Notes under the pieces: generated by a model
What the model was told of the DNA's origin: nothing
What the model saw: the letters and a program-made list of their open reading frames with translations, nothing else
Database searches by the model: none
In this document: piece by piece, positions 15,840 to 26,719 of the stretch
Numbering within the stretch: position 1 is the first letter of the stretch
Layout of the letters: each line of letters starts with the position of its first letter
Translations under genes and position numbers: made by a program
IMG/VR virus record: IMGVR_UViG_3300005077_000058
Span: 1-36,582 of that record
Reading direction: 5' to 3' (one strand)
DNA from: a virus
Lineage: Duplodnaviria > Caudoviricetes
DNA length: 36,582 nucleotides

Positions 15840-18278
15840 TTAAATTCCTAATCCTAATGAATCACCACCCAACCCAAGATTTAGGCTGTCTTGTTTATAA
15901 ATATCTTGTGCTTCTTCACCAATCAACGTCTTAAAATAATCCGAGCCGCTATATTCAGGATATAATGAGTTCAGCTCATTAACAGCTTGAGATTTTCGCT
16001 GCTTACTTAAGTCGGCAGCCGTTGCAAGTGAATTCAGTACGCCCTGTTTACCACCCTCTAACCCAAATTGTGCTTGGCCGGTTAAATCCCATACGTCTTT
16101 AGTCATCGGTTTTATCGCCCCTTCAATCAATGGGACATCTGCCGCTGTAATTGCTCCCAATTCAGAAGCATTTTTAAATTGAATTTTAAGGTTAGTATAT
16201 GCAGCGTCAAGCTTTGTCTTATTTGCTCCCCATCTTTCGAGGTCAGGTGTAGCCTCAACTAAATCTTGATATGCTTTCAAAGCCATATCTAAATTATTGG
16301 CAGCTTTAACCTTTTTAACAGAATCATCATTTTGTAGCTTCGTTCTTACTTCTGGGGGGATTACTGTTGAAACAGTTGCCCCTGTGGTCTTTGGTGCAAA
16401 TTCTTTCAATTTTCCCTCATATTCAGGTTTAAACGTTGAATCAGTGAATCCCCAATTGTCACCATATTTCTTTTTTAAATCTTCAATCTTGTAACTCTGG
16501 ATAGTTTGACCACCTTTTAAATCCCTATTATATGAAACCGTCTGAATTTCACCATTCACATTATTAACACTTATTACCGTTTCAATGTGTCCATACTTAC
16601 CTGCTCCCGCTAAAGGTATTACAAGACCATTACCAACTTTAGGATTATCAGTCTTTGTGACTAATTTCATCTTGCTGGCATATGAATCACCCGCCCCACC
16701 TTCATTAGTGTAATCATTATAAGCTTCTGCGCACTGTTTCTTGCCTTCACCAAATGAAGGAGTAACCCTGCTTTTACCAGTTAATGCCAAGGCTTGCTTT
16801 GCATCATTAGCTGGTATTTCATTCGCAAAACTCTGTTCATACTCGTTCTTCTCAAGCTCATTCTTTCGCACCTGTATCTTAAGCTCTTCAAGCTCAAGTA
16901 TTTCCCTTTCGTCTGCGTGTTGCGCTTTGGCATTTTTGATCATATTATCCAGATCATTACTTGTGATCTGTTGGTTTCCCATCGTCAACGCCTGTTGCTT
17001 TTCAGCATCCAAGTACTTCAACCCGATCTCTTTAGCCTTTAAATCCGCCGCCTGTGACTGCATTTCCAATCTGGTAAACGGATTTAGACTACTATCAATT
17101 TTGAGTCCGGCAAAGAGTTCTCCCGCCTCTGCTTGTGTGATCTTTCCAGACTTGACCATATCAGTTATCCCTTTGATCTGTTTGGCTTGTTCGGTTCGAT
17201 ACCCCTGCCATTCCAACTGCTTATTATAAGCCAAATCTTCAAGTGCTATCTTTTTTTCGTTTAAATCAAGCTGTTTATCAGTCCTGATATCTTCCGCTGC
17301 CTGATACCATCCCATAGCCATATCGACAGGGATTTTCAATTGCCCTGCCAAAGACATCAAAGCTTTATTATCCAAAGTCACCCCGCTATTAATCAGGCCT
17401 GTAAATGATTCTACATTCGCTCTTGTAGACTGTTCTGCAAGCCTCGCCTGTTCATTGGCTTGTGTAAGTGCATTGAGTACATTTGCCCTGGAATTATCTA
17501 TCTGTACTTGAGCATTTGCCAAAGCACCTGATATTGATTCAATTAAATCGCTATTCCCTGATTTTTGCGCTTCTTCCAATTGAAGCATTAAATTGTTACG
17601 TTGATCTTGAGCGGCTTTTAGTCTGATTTGATTCTCATTAATCCTCTTGTCCATTTCAGTTGTAAACTCACGATTCAGACTGGATGCGCTACCTGCTACA
17701 GCTCCTTCACGTCCTTGTGCATAAGCTGCGTTTGTAGCTCCTTTTGCGCCTTGTGCTTGTTCGTTGAACCTATCAGCCTCCGCTTGATCAAGTAAATTCT
17801 GTGAGTCTATTTGCTTTTGTGTATAGCTTTTCTGCTGTTCATATTTCTTTTTTTGTTCTGCTACAATTTCTTCGATAGTAGTCGGGCCAGATTGTAACCC
17901 CAGTTTATCAGCCAACCATTTTTCTTCCTGCATTTGACCTTCTACAACTCCTTTCTGGTTATTATAATCCCATTCTTTGATTTGCTCTGCTGTAGCATTG
18001 GCCGGAAACTGCGTAGGGTCATTAGATTGAATAGGCTGCACTGCAGGCTGCTTTGGTTGTTGTACTACTGGTTGTTGTACTACTGGTTGTTTTGCAGTCG
18101 GCTGTACCGTAGTCTTTGGCGTTCCACCTATCCACGCCCCATTCGATTGATACGATTTGCCGTATTCAGTATTTACTTTCGACATGGCATCAGCGTTGCT
18201 CAAACCCTGCGTTTTATATCCGGATAATGCCTTATTTCTTGCTGTCGACCATTCGGCCTGTGATGAATATGTTGCCAT
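15840..18278 (-). CDS. Putative ejection protein with coiled coil and CHAP peptidoglycan-hydrolase domain
   Basis: Q-rich coiled coils; QCAEAYNDY (Cys), PKVG, YGHIETV (His), SYN. Confidence 0.7.
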   Translation of the reverse strand: MATYSSQAEWSTARNKALSGYKTQGLSNADAMSKVNTEYGKSYQSNGAWIGGTPKTTVQPTAKQPVVQQPVVQQPKQPAVQPIQSNDPTQFPANATAEQIKEWDYNNQKGVVEGQMQEEKWLADKLGLQSGPTTIEEIVAEQKKKYEQQKSYTQKQIDSQNLLDQAEADRFNEQAQGAKGATNAAYAQGREGAVAGSASSLNREFTTEMDKRINENQIRLKAAQDQRNNLMLQLEEAQKSGNSDLIESISGALANAQVQIDNSRANVLNALTQANEQARLAEQSTRANVESFTGLINSGVTLDNKALMSLAGQLKIPVDMAMGWYQAAEDIRTDKQLDLNEKKIALEDLAYNKQLEWQGYRTEQAKQIKGITDMVKSGKITQAEAGELFAGLKIDSSLNPFTRLEMQSQAADLKAKEIGLKYLDAEKQQALTMGNQQITSNDLDNMIKNAKAQHADEREILELEELKIQVRKNELEKNEYEQSFANEIPANDAKQALALTGKSRVTPSFGEGKKQCAEAYNDYTNEGGAGDSYASKMKLVTKTDNPKVGNGLVIPLAGAGKYGHIETVISVNNVNGEIQTVSYNRDLKGGQTIQSYKIEDLKKKYGDNWGFTDSTFKPEYEGKLKEFAPKTTGATVSTVIPPEVRTKLQNDDSVKKVKAANNLDMALKAYQDLVEATPDLERWGANKTKLDAAYTNLKIQFKNASELGAITAADVPLIEGAIKPMTKDVWDLTGQAQFGLEGGKQGVLNSLATAADLSKQRKSQAVNELNSLYPEYSGSDYFKTLIGEEAQDIYKQDSLNLGLGGDSLGLGI
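18054..18091. repeat. 15-bp tandem repeat (2.5 copies) encoding a PVVQQ linker
   Basis: TGGTTGTTGTACTAC at 18054 and 18069, partial at 18084. Confidence 0.8.
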
Positions 18279-18298
18279 GTTGATTTTTTATATGATTT

Positions 18299-20050
18299 TT
18301 AAAATCCGCATTCTATTATCCAAATTATATTACCTGCGGCCCCTCCTCCTAGTGTCCTCGAAATAGCAAAACTCACGTTTGTTGCGTCAATAGCCGAAAC
18401 AGTCATTTGATATTGTATGTCGTCTGTTGATCCTGAATTTGCCCATTCCATATATGATATACCTACTGCTGTTGACTGCTGAATACTGGAAAAAGCAGGT
18501 GGATTTGCAGAAGTCCACGCAATGTAAAAAGTAGAGTATGCGGCACCCTTGTAATATCCGACACTTTGAGTGACGGCTGCTGCTGCCAGCACTTTATCAT
18601 GTATCGCTGTTACCTTGACCCACGTTGGCGCAACGCCTAAACCATGAGCGAAATCAAAACTTGCAGGAATTGCGGACATAGCATACTTTACCACTCCCCC
18701 CGCTTGGCTGTTGTGTGTATGCAGCGTCGTAGCGCCACCACCTGTCAAAGTATTCAAATTCGCCGCTGTTACGTTTGCGCTTGCGCCGTCCAGTTTATTT
18801 AACTCTCCTGCATCTGCTGTTATCACCGAAGGAATCGGGACTAATTGATTGTTAAATTTGCCTGTAGAATCCAGTAATGCAACCTTCCCTTCATCCGCTG
18901 TCTGGTCAAGTACCGCCGCTGTTGCTACTCCGTTCCCTGTATCAGCGTCCATCCAGTCACTTGCTCCGGCTCCTGATATGTCTGTTCCGACTGTGCCTGT
19001 CGAAGTAGTAAGCACTGATATTGCGCTTGTGGAAGCTGTCGAAGCAGAAGTAATAACAAAATGATCTGTTGACCATACGCATGTCTCTGTTGAGCCTGTG
19101 GCCGCTCTGATTGCTGCCTGAATGACAGCTGCTACATCGTCCATGTCACCACCAACGCATGAGGTAAAATCTATACCATCAATATTTCTTGCCGTTCCGT
19201 TAATCGTTACCCTAAACGACCCATCCGTCACGCTATCCCATGCCGCAACGCTTGATTCCGCACTTCCCCCACCAGTTAAATATCCGGGTGTGTATGTGGA
19301 CGGTTCTGTTATCTGTTCCGGTAATGAGGTTGAAATAACCAGCGTTTCATTACCCCCTGTACCTGTTTGAGTTATAGTAATATTTGAACCTGCCACTATC
19401 TTAGTCAAAGCGTACCCAGGTGTTGTGTCAGTAGCTGATACTTTGAATAGTACACTTGCAACCGTATCATCTATATTTACCCAATCAGTACCATTGTTTG
19501 AATATTGCGTTTTGCCGGTTGTCGTATACCACCTCATAAATCCTACAGACGTTCCTGTGCCTGTTGATCTCTTTACAGTGACCGTACCAGCGGCATCTAC
19601 ACCAATAATGAAGTCAGAACCGCCTGAAGCAATTAAACCCTGTAAAACACTTCTAATGAGTTCAGGGATGATAGCAGGAATATTACAAAATACAGGCTCA
19701 TCAGCGTCATGTGAGTCTGCGAAATCCGAACTGCCAACTGTGAAGTCGTATCCGTTAGGTTTAACGCCTCTAACAACCGGAATTAATGAAGTACCGATAG
19801 TCAATCCGTCAACACTCACCGCGCCGGCCGGAACCCAGATTGTTTCCGTCCATCCGTTCGTTTTTTTAATGCCCATCAGAAATCCTCCTGTCACAACTGT
19901 ACCGGCACTGTTTTTTAAAGGAGCTGTAACCGATAAAATCGTATCATCAGTATCTATTGGAGAAGCTAACTTGGGAGCTGGAGCGTCAGGGTTTGACCAC
20001 TGGCCTATATACAGCTCTGAACTGGTTTTTAACTTGGTTTCATTCGCCAT
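18299..20050 (-). CDS. Tail fibre / tail-associated virion protein
   Basis: T/S/G/A-rich beta protein; TADAGELNKLDG fibre motif; C-terminal HGLGVAP motif. Confidence 0.65.
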   Translation of the reverse strand: MANETKLKTSSELYIGQWSNPDAPAPKLASPIDTDDTILSVTAPLKNSAGTVVTGGFLMGIKKTNGWTETIWVPAGAVSVDGLTIGTSLIPVVRGVKPNGYDFTVGSSDFADSHDADEPVFCNIPAIIPELIRSVLQGLIASGGSDFIIGVDAAGTVTVKRSTGTGTSVGFMRWYTTTGKTQYSNNGTDWVNIDDTVASVLFKVSATDTTPGYALTKIVAGSNITITQTGTGGNETLVISTSLPEQITEPSTYTPGYLTGGGSAESSVAAWDSVTDGSFRVTINGTARNIDGIDFTSCVGGDMDDVAAVIQAAIRAATGSTETCVWSTDHFVITSASTASTSAISVLTTSTGTVGTDISGAGASDWMDADTGNGVATAAVLDQTADEGKVALLDSTGKFNNQLVPIPSVITADAGELNKLDGASANVTAANLNTLTGGGATTLHTHNSQAGGVVKYAMSAIPASFDFAHGLGVAPTWVKVTAIHDKVLAAAAVTQSVGYYKGAAYSTFYIAWTSANPPAFSSIQQSTAVGISYMEWANSGSTDDIQYQMTVSAIDATNVSFAISRTLGGGAAGNIIWIIECGF

Positions 20051-20054
20051 AGTT

Positions 20055-21623
20055 TTATGTTAATTGTGTATAATTGCGTCTTCTAATAACGTTCTTGCGT
20101 TCGGTCTTGACTGCGAGCCAACTTATAATATGTCTCAATTTGTCGCCTCCTGTGATTTTGACTCTTAATCTTTGAAGATTATTTATCCGGACACTCCCCC
20201 CGCCAAAACTCTCTACAAGTCCGGCTTTGTCAAAGCCCCCACCAAACGCACTTTCGCCGAATCTGGCACTGCCCCATTCGTCATATTCTGAATTTGAACT
20301 ATTGGCAGTCCATAAGTATTTAGCTTTGTCGGCCGCATAATCACCATCAATATCATAAATAGAGAATCGTACCGTCAATTCACTGGAAGGGCTTAAAAAG
20401 CCTCCTGAATACGCTCCTAGGAGTTTATGAGCATGGAATAACGCCTTTAGTGGTATTTCCTGCTCATATTCAGTCGGTATCGCCAGTCCGTCATCAGTAT
20501 ATCCATCAAACAACTGATAAACTGTTGTTTTTACAGAACTTGCGCCGTAAATAGTGTCTCCACTCTTAGCGAATCGGTTAATATTCCAGTTTGTTATCTC
20601 AAAAAATGCTTTTAAATCTAATTGTAGCCCGATAACCAGATTATTTGATGCTGAATCTTTGGCTACTGCTGCCAAAATGCAGTTCTGTTGGACATCATAG
20701 ACCAAATCGGAGCTTGTTTGATCAACTCCTTTGAAATATTTACTTCCAAGTAATGTAGAAGTGAGCATCTGTTGCTTGCTCATAGGTGTATCCGTGCTGC
20801 CAGCGGCTACCAGCTGCCATAATCCGGCTTCATTGAGATAAAAAATTCCTTGAGGTGTCGATATCGCACCCCTTGCGCCGCCATAATCTTCTGTATAGTT
20901 TTGAATTACCTCGACTTTCTTCAAAGTACCTGCTGAATCGATTGTATTGATTAAAAATGCGAAAAAACCTTTATCTGATAACGCTACTGTCAATTCTCCA
21001 AGCTGTAATACTGATCTGATCGTACCAGCGTTGCGATAACTCACTCTACCCCCTGTATCAGCAGCGGTTGTTTCAGTCCATCCATCAAACGGCGGGTTTG
21101 AACCGTCGTCTACTTCAGAATATCTGATAGTATCACCAAACCAGCCATACAATCTTGAACCAATAACTTTCAATCCAGAACATACCGGAGAACTTGAGAC
21201 TTCCGTAATAGCCAAATTAGTTCCTATCCTCCATATCTTTTCAATTCCGTTACACACAAAGAAATAATCACCGTATCTTTCGCCATCAAACGTGCCGGAA
21301 GTGAAATCGCTTTTGATCGTAGTCCAAGTGTCTGTAGTCGTATTGTAGGCTTCAATTTTTGTCCCATATCCAACAATCCACACGCCAGCGGTAAACTCTT
21401 CCAATAATGTGACAGGTGTTGCACCTGTTCTTTCAAAAAGGTTATTTAATCCTTTGCGTTTTTCTAGTCCGTACCTGTGAGGGATATAATTTTTGATCGA
21501 CAACGCAAACTCTGTATCCATCATTTGCGGTAAATCCTCAAAGTTTAGACCTTTGTGGGGCATCATTGAGCTTGTGTAACCGGAATCCGGTCTTGCCTTA
21601 ATGTCTAATGGCGGATAGCTCAT
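20055..21623 (-). CDS. Tail nozzle / stabilisation protein (P22 gp10 or T7 gp12-like)
   Basis: Beta-propeller-like pattern, KGLN...N..P....LEKRKG N-terminus; follows the adaptor. Confidence 0.65.
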   Translation of the reverse strand: MSYPPLDIKARPDSGYTSSMMPHKGLNFEDLPQMMDTEFALSIKNYIPHRYGLEKRKGLNNLFERTGATPVTLLEEFTAGVWIVGYGTKIEAYNTTTDTWTTIKSDFTSGTFDGERYGDYFFVCNGIEKIWRIGTNLAITEVSSSPVCSGLKVIGSRLYGWFGDTIRYSEVDDGSNPPFDGWTETTAADTGGRVSYRNAGTIRSVLQLGELTVALSDKGFFAFLINTIDSAGTLKKVEVIQNYTEDYGGARGAISTPQGIFYLNEAGLWQLVAAGSTDTPMSKQQMLTSTLLGSKYFKGVDQTSSDLVYDVQQNCILAAVAKDSASNNLVIGLQLDLKAFFEITNWNINRFAKSGDTIYGASSVKTTVYQLFDGYTDDGLAIPTEYEQEIPLKALFHAHKLLGAYSGGFLSPSSELTVRFSIYDIDGDYAADKAKYLWTANSSNSEYDEWGSARFGESAFGGGFDKAGLVESFGGGSVRINNLQRLRVKITGGDKLRHIISWLAVKTERKNVIRRRNYTQLT

Positions 21624-22270
21624 AAGTACATTGTTGAGTTATCGGGTAAATTATAAAAATTAGGACTTTGTTTAATGTCCGCTAACATCTCATCCATTAC
21701 TCTCGTGAATCGGAAATCAGATAATGACTCACTCCCGGGGTTTTCATCCCATTGGTTATACAAAACATCCAAAGCTTTTATAACATAATCCTCATACTCA
21801 TCAGGTATAATCTCTTTTCCTGTTTGAGTGGTGTCCAGCGTAAAATAATCAGTCAAAGCGTCAATCGCTGTCTGCTTAGGAATGTATTTTAGAGTATAAG
21901 TTTTTGTGAAATTGAAATTAGAAGGAGTGATATTTATATTCCCTCCCTCAAAATAATAACCAACATCACCCGACCCGAATCCTGTATATGTCATTGCTTG
22001 GTCTGTCTGTAGATTGTCATCATTCACATGAAACAGCCCACATCCGTATTCTTTGGTTGATTTAAAAGTTGCAGGTAACGCATATGCTGTTGTACCCGCA
22101 GAGAATGTATAAGATTGCGAAGTGATGAATCTTTGAGTATCAATCCCCAAAAGCTTGCGATAAACGTATTTGTTAATTTGATCGCACCAGTCAAAAAATA
22201 AATCATTCGAAACATCAGAAATGTCTTTCTTAAAACGTGAGAACCGATCATATATTGTTTGTACTTGCAT
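21620..22270 (-). CDS. Head-tail adaptor (tail tubular A-like)
   Basis: Size, G...Y.LP..F and IP..Y motifs, position. Confidence 0.6.
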   Translation of the reverse strand: MQVQTIYDRFSRFKKDISDVSNDLFFDWCDQINKYVYRKLLGIDTQRFITSQSYTFSAGTTAYALPATFKSTKEYGCGLFHVNDDNLQTDQAMTYTGFGSGDVGYYFEGGNINITPSNFNFTKTYTLKYIPKQTAIDALTDYFTLDTTQTGKEIIPDEYEDYVIKALDVLYNQWDENPGSESLSDFRFTRVMDEMLADIKQSPNFYNLPDNSTMYL

Positions 22271-22308
22271 AATGATTGTTAATTATCTTTATCCCTTTTT
22301 TTTGTCTA

Positions 22309-22524
22309 TCATACTGCTTCATTAGGAATTAATTTATTTTTCAAGTAATCAAGTTCCTGCTCTTTCCGTAAATTCGGGCCAGCATCCATAGAGCATAAAA
22401 CAGCCCTTATCTTTTCGCAGATCATTCTCTGCCGTGCTGATTCGTCACCGGCTGGCATCTCTTGTATCCGTAGTTCTTCGGCTTCCAGAAAATCCAGCTC
22501 GTTCATGATTAATTCTTTGTTCAT
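22309..22524 (-). CDS. Hypothetical protein
   Basis: ORF track; operon packing. Confidence 0.55.
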   Translation of the reverse strand: MNKELIMNELDFLEAEELRIQEMPAGDESARQRMICEKIRAVLCSMDAGPNLRKEQELDYLKNKLIPNEAV

Positions 22525-22529
22525 AGTGA

Positions 22530-22781
22530 TTATGATTTAGAGAAATCTGTAGGCGAATCCAACCGTGCATTTTCATAATCCGGCCTCATAAGCCTGTCAC
22601 CGCCCTTTATCCCCCCGAGCGGATATTGGTGTTCTTTCATTTCCTGATCGTAAATCACCTTCATGAGTTCAAAGCGGATCCTATCTAACTGATTCAGCAC
22701 CTTGATAGCGTCCTGTCTATCTTCGCCTGCATCTCTGGCGTCTATTGCTGCAACGTATAGTTTTTCCGATATTTCTTTCAT
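22530..22781 (-). CDS. Hypothetical protein
   Basis: ATGA coupling. Confidence 0.55.
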   Translation of the reverse strand: MKEISEKLYVAAIDARDAGEDRQDAIKVLNQLDRIRFELMKVIYDQEMKEHQYPLGGIKGGDRLMRPDYENARLDSPTDFSKS

Positions 22782-23011
22782 GCGTGGTTTTTAGTTTTAC
22801 AATATTCAACTGCTTGAATCATCTGGCGATCTACTTCCCGAAATGACCTCATCGTCTCAGTCATTTCGCGTGTTGCCATGGTATTTTCCTTGATATTATC
22901 TGTCATCTTCGACATCAATTTCATTTGGTAGATAACCACTATAACCAGAGCAATAATCGCTCCAACACCCAACCCGGCCTCTGCTACAGCCTTAATCATT
23001 GTTTCACTCAT
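22778..23011 (-). CDS. Holin-like single-TM coiled-coil protein (BhlA/UviB-like)
   Basis: N-terminal TM followed by a coiled coil. Confidence 0.5.
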   Translation of the reverse strand: MSETMIKAVAEAGLGVGAIIALVIVVIYQMKLMSKMTDNIKENTMATREMTETMRSFREVDRQMIQAVEYCKTKNHA

Positions 23012-23213
23012 TTTCGCCTCCTTTCGATACCACCCTCAAAGTGTTTACTACCCATGTCATTATCGCCGTAAAACCTGCGTTTAAAGCTGGCCGCCAGTCG
23101 ATAGGTGAACCGTCTACAATGTAGTCGGATATTTCCGGCTGTAACATAATCAGCGACGCAAGTACCGCACCTGCTAAGGCTATTTGCGCTGATTTAAAGA
23201 TTTTGTCTTTCAT
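23004..23213 (-). CDS. Holin-like two-TM protein
   Basis: Two hydrophobic segments flanking IDW; charged C-terminus. Confidence 0.5.
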   Translation of the reverse strand: MKDKIFKSAQIALAGAVLASLIMLQPEISDYIVDGSPIDWRPALNAGFTAIMTWVVNTLRVVSKGGENE

Positions 23214-23216
23214 GGT

Positions 23217-24875
23217 TTATAGGTTAGGAATTTCGCCATTTAATGGATTTAAAACACCCTGAAAAATGCCAAGCGGTCTGACCTTATCGCCTGCATCTAA
23301 ATCAAGAATCATGTATCTTGATGTTGTTGTTGTCGTATCTGTGAACGGATTTGTACCTGTACCACCAGACATATCAACCGAAGTCCATACGCCGTTTAAT
23401 TGGATATACAGAGTGAATACTCCAGCTGATGTTCTTGAAATTGGAATCTTATGGTCTGTTGCAACAGGCGTATACCCTGCGGCAGTAGAATTCTTAAAAG
23501 ATGCTGACCCTGCCACTGACTCTTTCATGCCTATCAGTTCTGCGTTTGTCTCAAGTACCCAGTAAGCATTTTGCCCTGTGGCTGTTTCATCGCCTGCTAC
23601 CGAAGCCATGAAACCAATACGAGGTATTGTGCCATCTGGTTTATTTAACTCAAATAACCACGTTGCTTCTGCGTATGTCATGGGAGCATATGCTACCCCA
23701 GCTGTCACGCACTCAATCCATTTCTTTTTGTTAGCATCCTGTGAAATTTTATAACTTCCAGTCAAAACACTAAAATCCGTATTCGATAATCTGCCTGCGG
23801 TTACATTTGCAAGCGTCGGTAGCCAGAGTTCGGGTTGCGGATAATACAACAATTTATTTCCTTGATGCACTTTGATATATTCAACGCTCCCCACAAAATC
23901 CGCATCCGCTCTTAGTATTATTTTAGTATTTCCAGCACATACAAGCCTTTCAGTATATACACCGTCTGCGCTTTTTGCTGTTCCTACTGTAGTTCCCGCA
24001 AGCACGTTAATCGTACCCGCTGAACGTCCTGAAACTTTGTACTCAATCGTGTAAAGCCTCCCGACTTCCAACATACCTGACTGCTCCAAATCACTATTCG
24101 CCGATTGACTCCCATCACTTGAAGCCTTGCCGTTCGCAATTGTCCACCCTGTACCTTTAGTCCAGTATGAATCTGTACGAAACTCATTATTAATGGGATT
24201 GTTTAGCCATTTGAAGTTTTGCGGCTTTGGATCGCCTGAACTTCGCCTTAACATTTCTTCATTGTAGAACTCTGAAATCTCTTCAGAAGTAATCGCATCC
24301 GTATCAAGTACCACTACACGATAGTGAGGGAAATTACAGGAATTACCGATTGCCGGAGTTGTGAGATAGTTCCCGATTGAAATCGTGTTGGTCGTGCCCG
24401 AAAGAGTGTTTGTATTACTGGCTTCACCTGCTACGCTACCGTCTTTAAAAATCGTTGCTCGACCACCTGTTACCAAACGGAATCCGAACATCTTTGCGCC
24501 TTCCATTGAAACAGCAAGTGTTGAGTCATTATTGGAAACAAGATGTAAATTAGTACCGTCATGGTAAAGCTGAAAAGGGTAAGTAGTGCCACTCGTCCAT
24601 GCATCCATGAAATGTTGATTAGTCGCCCCTGGTGTTCTTTTGAAATCAGCAAAAATTAAAACCGTACATCGGGTTATCGTGAGATTTAAACTTGTTGCTG
24701 CAACATACCCATTCGCACCCATAGCCACACCTACTTTCTTGCTTCCGTTTCTCCAAGAAACTACTCCGGTAGCCGTAGGCGTGCGTGAATTTCCAGACTG
24801 ATCAAGCAATGTTTTCGCCTGAAAATCCCAGTCAAGAATGATATTAGCCTTGTATTTGTCGATTATGCTGCTCAT
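23217..24875 (-). CDS. Virion protein with LamG/concanavalin-like and CBM-like domains
   Basis: WDF...TLLDQSGN, LamG strands, WTKGTGWTIANGKA CBM-like segment. Confidence 0.7.
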   Translation of the reverse strand: MSSIIDKYKANIILDWDFQAKTLLDQSGNSRTPTATGVVSWRNGSKKVGVAMGANGYVAATSLNLTITRCTVLIFADFKRTPGATNQHFMDAWTSGTTYPFQLYHDGTNLHLVSNNDSTLAVSMEGAKMFGFRLVTGGRATIFKDGSVAGEASNTNTLSGTTNTISIGNYLTTPAIGNSCNFPHYRVVVLDTDAITSEEISEFYNEEMLRRSSGDPKPQNFKWLNNPINNEFRTDSYWTKGTGWTIANGKASSDGSQSANSDLEQSGMLEVGRLYTIEYKVSGRSAGTINVLAGTTVGTAKSADGVYTERLVCAGNTKIILRADADFVGSVEYIKVHQGNKLLYYPQPELWLPTLANVTAGRLSNTDFSVLTGSYKISQDANKKKWIECVTAGVAYAPMTYAEATWLFELNKPDGTIPRIGFMASVAGDETATGQNAYWVLETNAELIGMKESVAGSASFKNSTAAGYTPVATDHKIPISRTSAGVFTLYIQLNGVWTSVDMSGGTGTNPFTDTTTTTSRYMILDLDAGDKVRPLGIFQGVLNPLNGEIPNL

Positions 24876-26431
24876 ACATTTAACATTTTAAGAAGTCTGG
24901 CGTGTTCGATACGTGCTTGTTCTGCGGTTAATGTTCCTCTGAATATTTTAAATGCAAACAGTCTCATGGTCGCTAAAAATGTAAAATCATAGCGTCCCCC
25001 GATAACCATTCTATCCAGTACTTCACCTGCCATTCCTTGCACAATAAGAGTATTTAATTTTCCAAGATCGAAATTATTGGTTGCGATTCCATTTACATAA
25101 TTTGTTAGCCCGCCATTGGCGGTAACCGTGCCTGAACCCGTGTAATAACAATATCCTGCTCCTGCTCCAGCTAAATTTCTAAAATCAAAAAGATACCTTG
25201 CATCGGTACTCGTAAGCTTTAAAGCCATGACTATCGAATATGTATCAGAAGGCAACACCTGAACTATGCGTGCATGGTCTCCTCCATCAAAAATAAGTTC
25301 ATGCGGTTTAACGAAAGTCGGGAAAGCGGAAGTTATCGAACCGTCACTTAAAAGCGCATGCCCTCCCAGACTGCCTTTGTTTTCTGTTTGCGCTTCCAAC
25401 CGCTCAATTCGGAAGTTGTAATAATCAACATATTCCCCGACAGTCCCTGCCGCATACCAGCGGAATTGAGAATTGGTAGATACGAATTCAGAGTCTATGT
25501 GCTGCCACTCGGTCGAATCACCTCCGAAATCTATTAAATCAAGATTGGAAACCTGCCATGTGTTCACACCTCCGCTGCGAACCCAGCCTGTCACTCTGTA
25601 TCTTGCTCCAACAGTTGTAATCGGTTGCGTGGCAGAAGATGAAGAACCTGTGCGTGTAACCCTTAAAACTAACTTTTGACCGTCAGGTGTATCGGTTAAA
25701 ACCTTGCTGAGAGTGGCATTGATAGTTCCGTATGCGCTGGTGTCAGCCGCCTGCATATCCAAATCAGTTCCCAGCGCAACACCATTTGGTTTCCAGAAAG
25801 AACTCCTGAAATCCAAATCAACCAAAGCTCTTGAAGCGTCCAGCTCGGACAGGGTGTCGCCCTCAAAATAATCAACCAATTCCGCTTCTGTCATTGCGCT
25901 GTCAGAAATAACGAAATCATCAAGACTAAAATCCCCAGAATCAGACGTATTAGGAATCAATATACTACCTCTACTTGTTGGACTTGAAACCATCGCAACT
26001 GTTCCGGTAATTGCCGTATTGACAAAATATGAAACAGTGTTAGAGGGGTCGTCAAAAACTACAGCTATATTGTACTTCACACCAGCGGTCAAATTAGTTG
26101 TGTCGGGCGTTGCGCTAGCAGGAACAGAAGGAATTGAGAACACCAGTTTATTGGAAGAATTAAGCGATATACTCACCTGCGGACTGTATATAATCCTTTG
26201 GGTTGCCCCAGATAAAGCATTAAATGTAATTCCTTTGAAAAGGTATGTAACCGCTCTTCCTGTTACTCCTTTATCAGGCAAAGTAACATAATTGGCATTA
26301 CTTACGCCTGAAAGCTGCCCATTAATTGTAGGTGAACCTGTAACAACACCCCCATTTCTCGCCACACTGGCAGGGGATGTGAAATCAGAACAGAATATTA
26401 TTTTTGACCCGGCTGGTGCGAGTAATGACAT
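24872..26431 (-). CDS. Virion protein with LamG-like and CBM4/9-like domains
   Basis: YNIAVVFD...YFVN, LDDFVI, GARYRVTGWVRS...EWQHI. Confidence 0.7.
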   Translation of the reverse strand: MSLLAPAGSKIIFCSDFTSPASVARNGGVVTGSPTINGQLSGVSNANYVTLPDKGVTGRAVTYLFKGITFNALSGATQRIIYSPQVSISLNSSNKLVFSIPSVPASATPDTTNLTAGVKYNIAVVFDDPSNTVSYFVNTAITGTVAMVSSPTSRGSILIPNTSDSGDFSLDDFVISDSAMTEAELVDYFEGDTLSELDASRALVDLDFRSSFWKPNGVALGTDLDMQAADTSAYGTINATLSKVLTDTPDGQKLVLRVTRTGSSSSATQPITTVGARYRVTGWVRSGGVNTWQVSNLDLIDFGGDSTEWQHIDSEFVSTNSQFRWYAAGTVGEYVDYYNFRIERLEAQTENKGSLGGHALLSDGSITSAFPTFVKPHELIFDGGDHARIVQVLPSDTYSIVMALKLTSTDARYLFDFRNLAGAGAGYCYYTGSGTVTANGGLTNYVNGIATNNFDLGKLNTLIVQGMAGEVLDRMVIGGRYDFTFLATMRLFAFKIFRGTLTAEQARIEHARLLKMLNV

Positions 26432-26434
26432 AAG

Positions 26435-26701
26435 TTATTCTGTTATTGGTTTCAGCGTTTGGACATCCAGATATTCAGATGTCGGCTCTGGTAAAGATTC
26501 TTCAAGTTCGAGACTGACCAGATGTTCAGTCCACGCTTGTTTAACCCTATTTCTCTCTACTAGAGCAGGCTCTAAAACATCTCTGAGGGAATACCCGTGA
26601 ACCGTAAATATCTCTGAACTTGAACCATGACGAGATTCAATCTCATCGTATAAATCAAGTACGACTTGGCAATTTTCGGGAGTTAATATTTCATAATTCA
26701 T
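26435..26701 (-). CDS. Acidic hypothetical protein
   Basis: ORF track; operon packing. Confidence 0.6.
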   Translation of the reverse strand: MNYEILTPENCQVVLDLYDEIESRHGSSSEIFTVHGYSLRDVLEPALVERNRVKQAWTEHLVSLELEESLPEPTSEYLDVQTLKPITE

Positions 26702-26719
26702 AATTTTGATTTATTAAAA

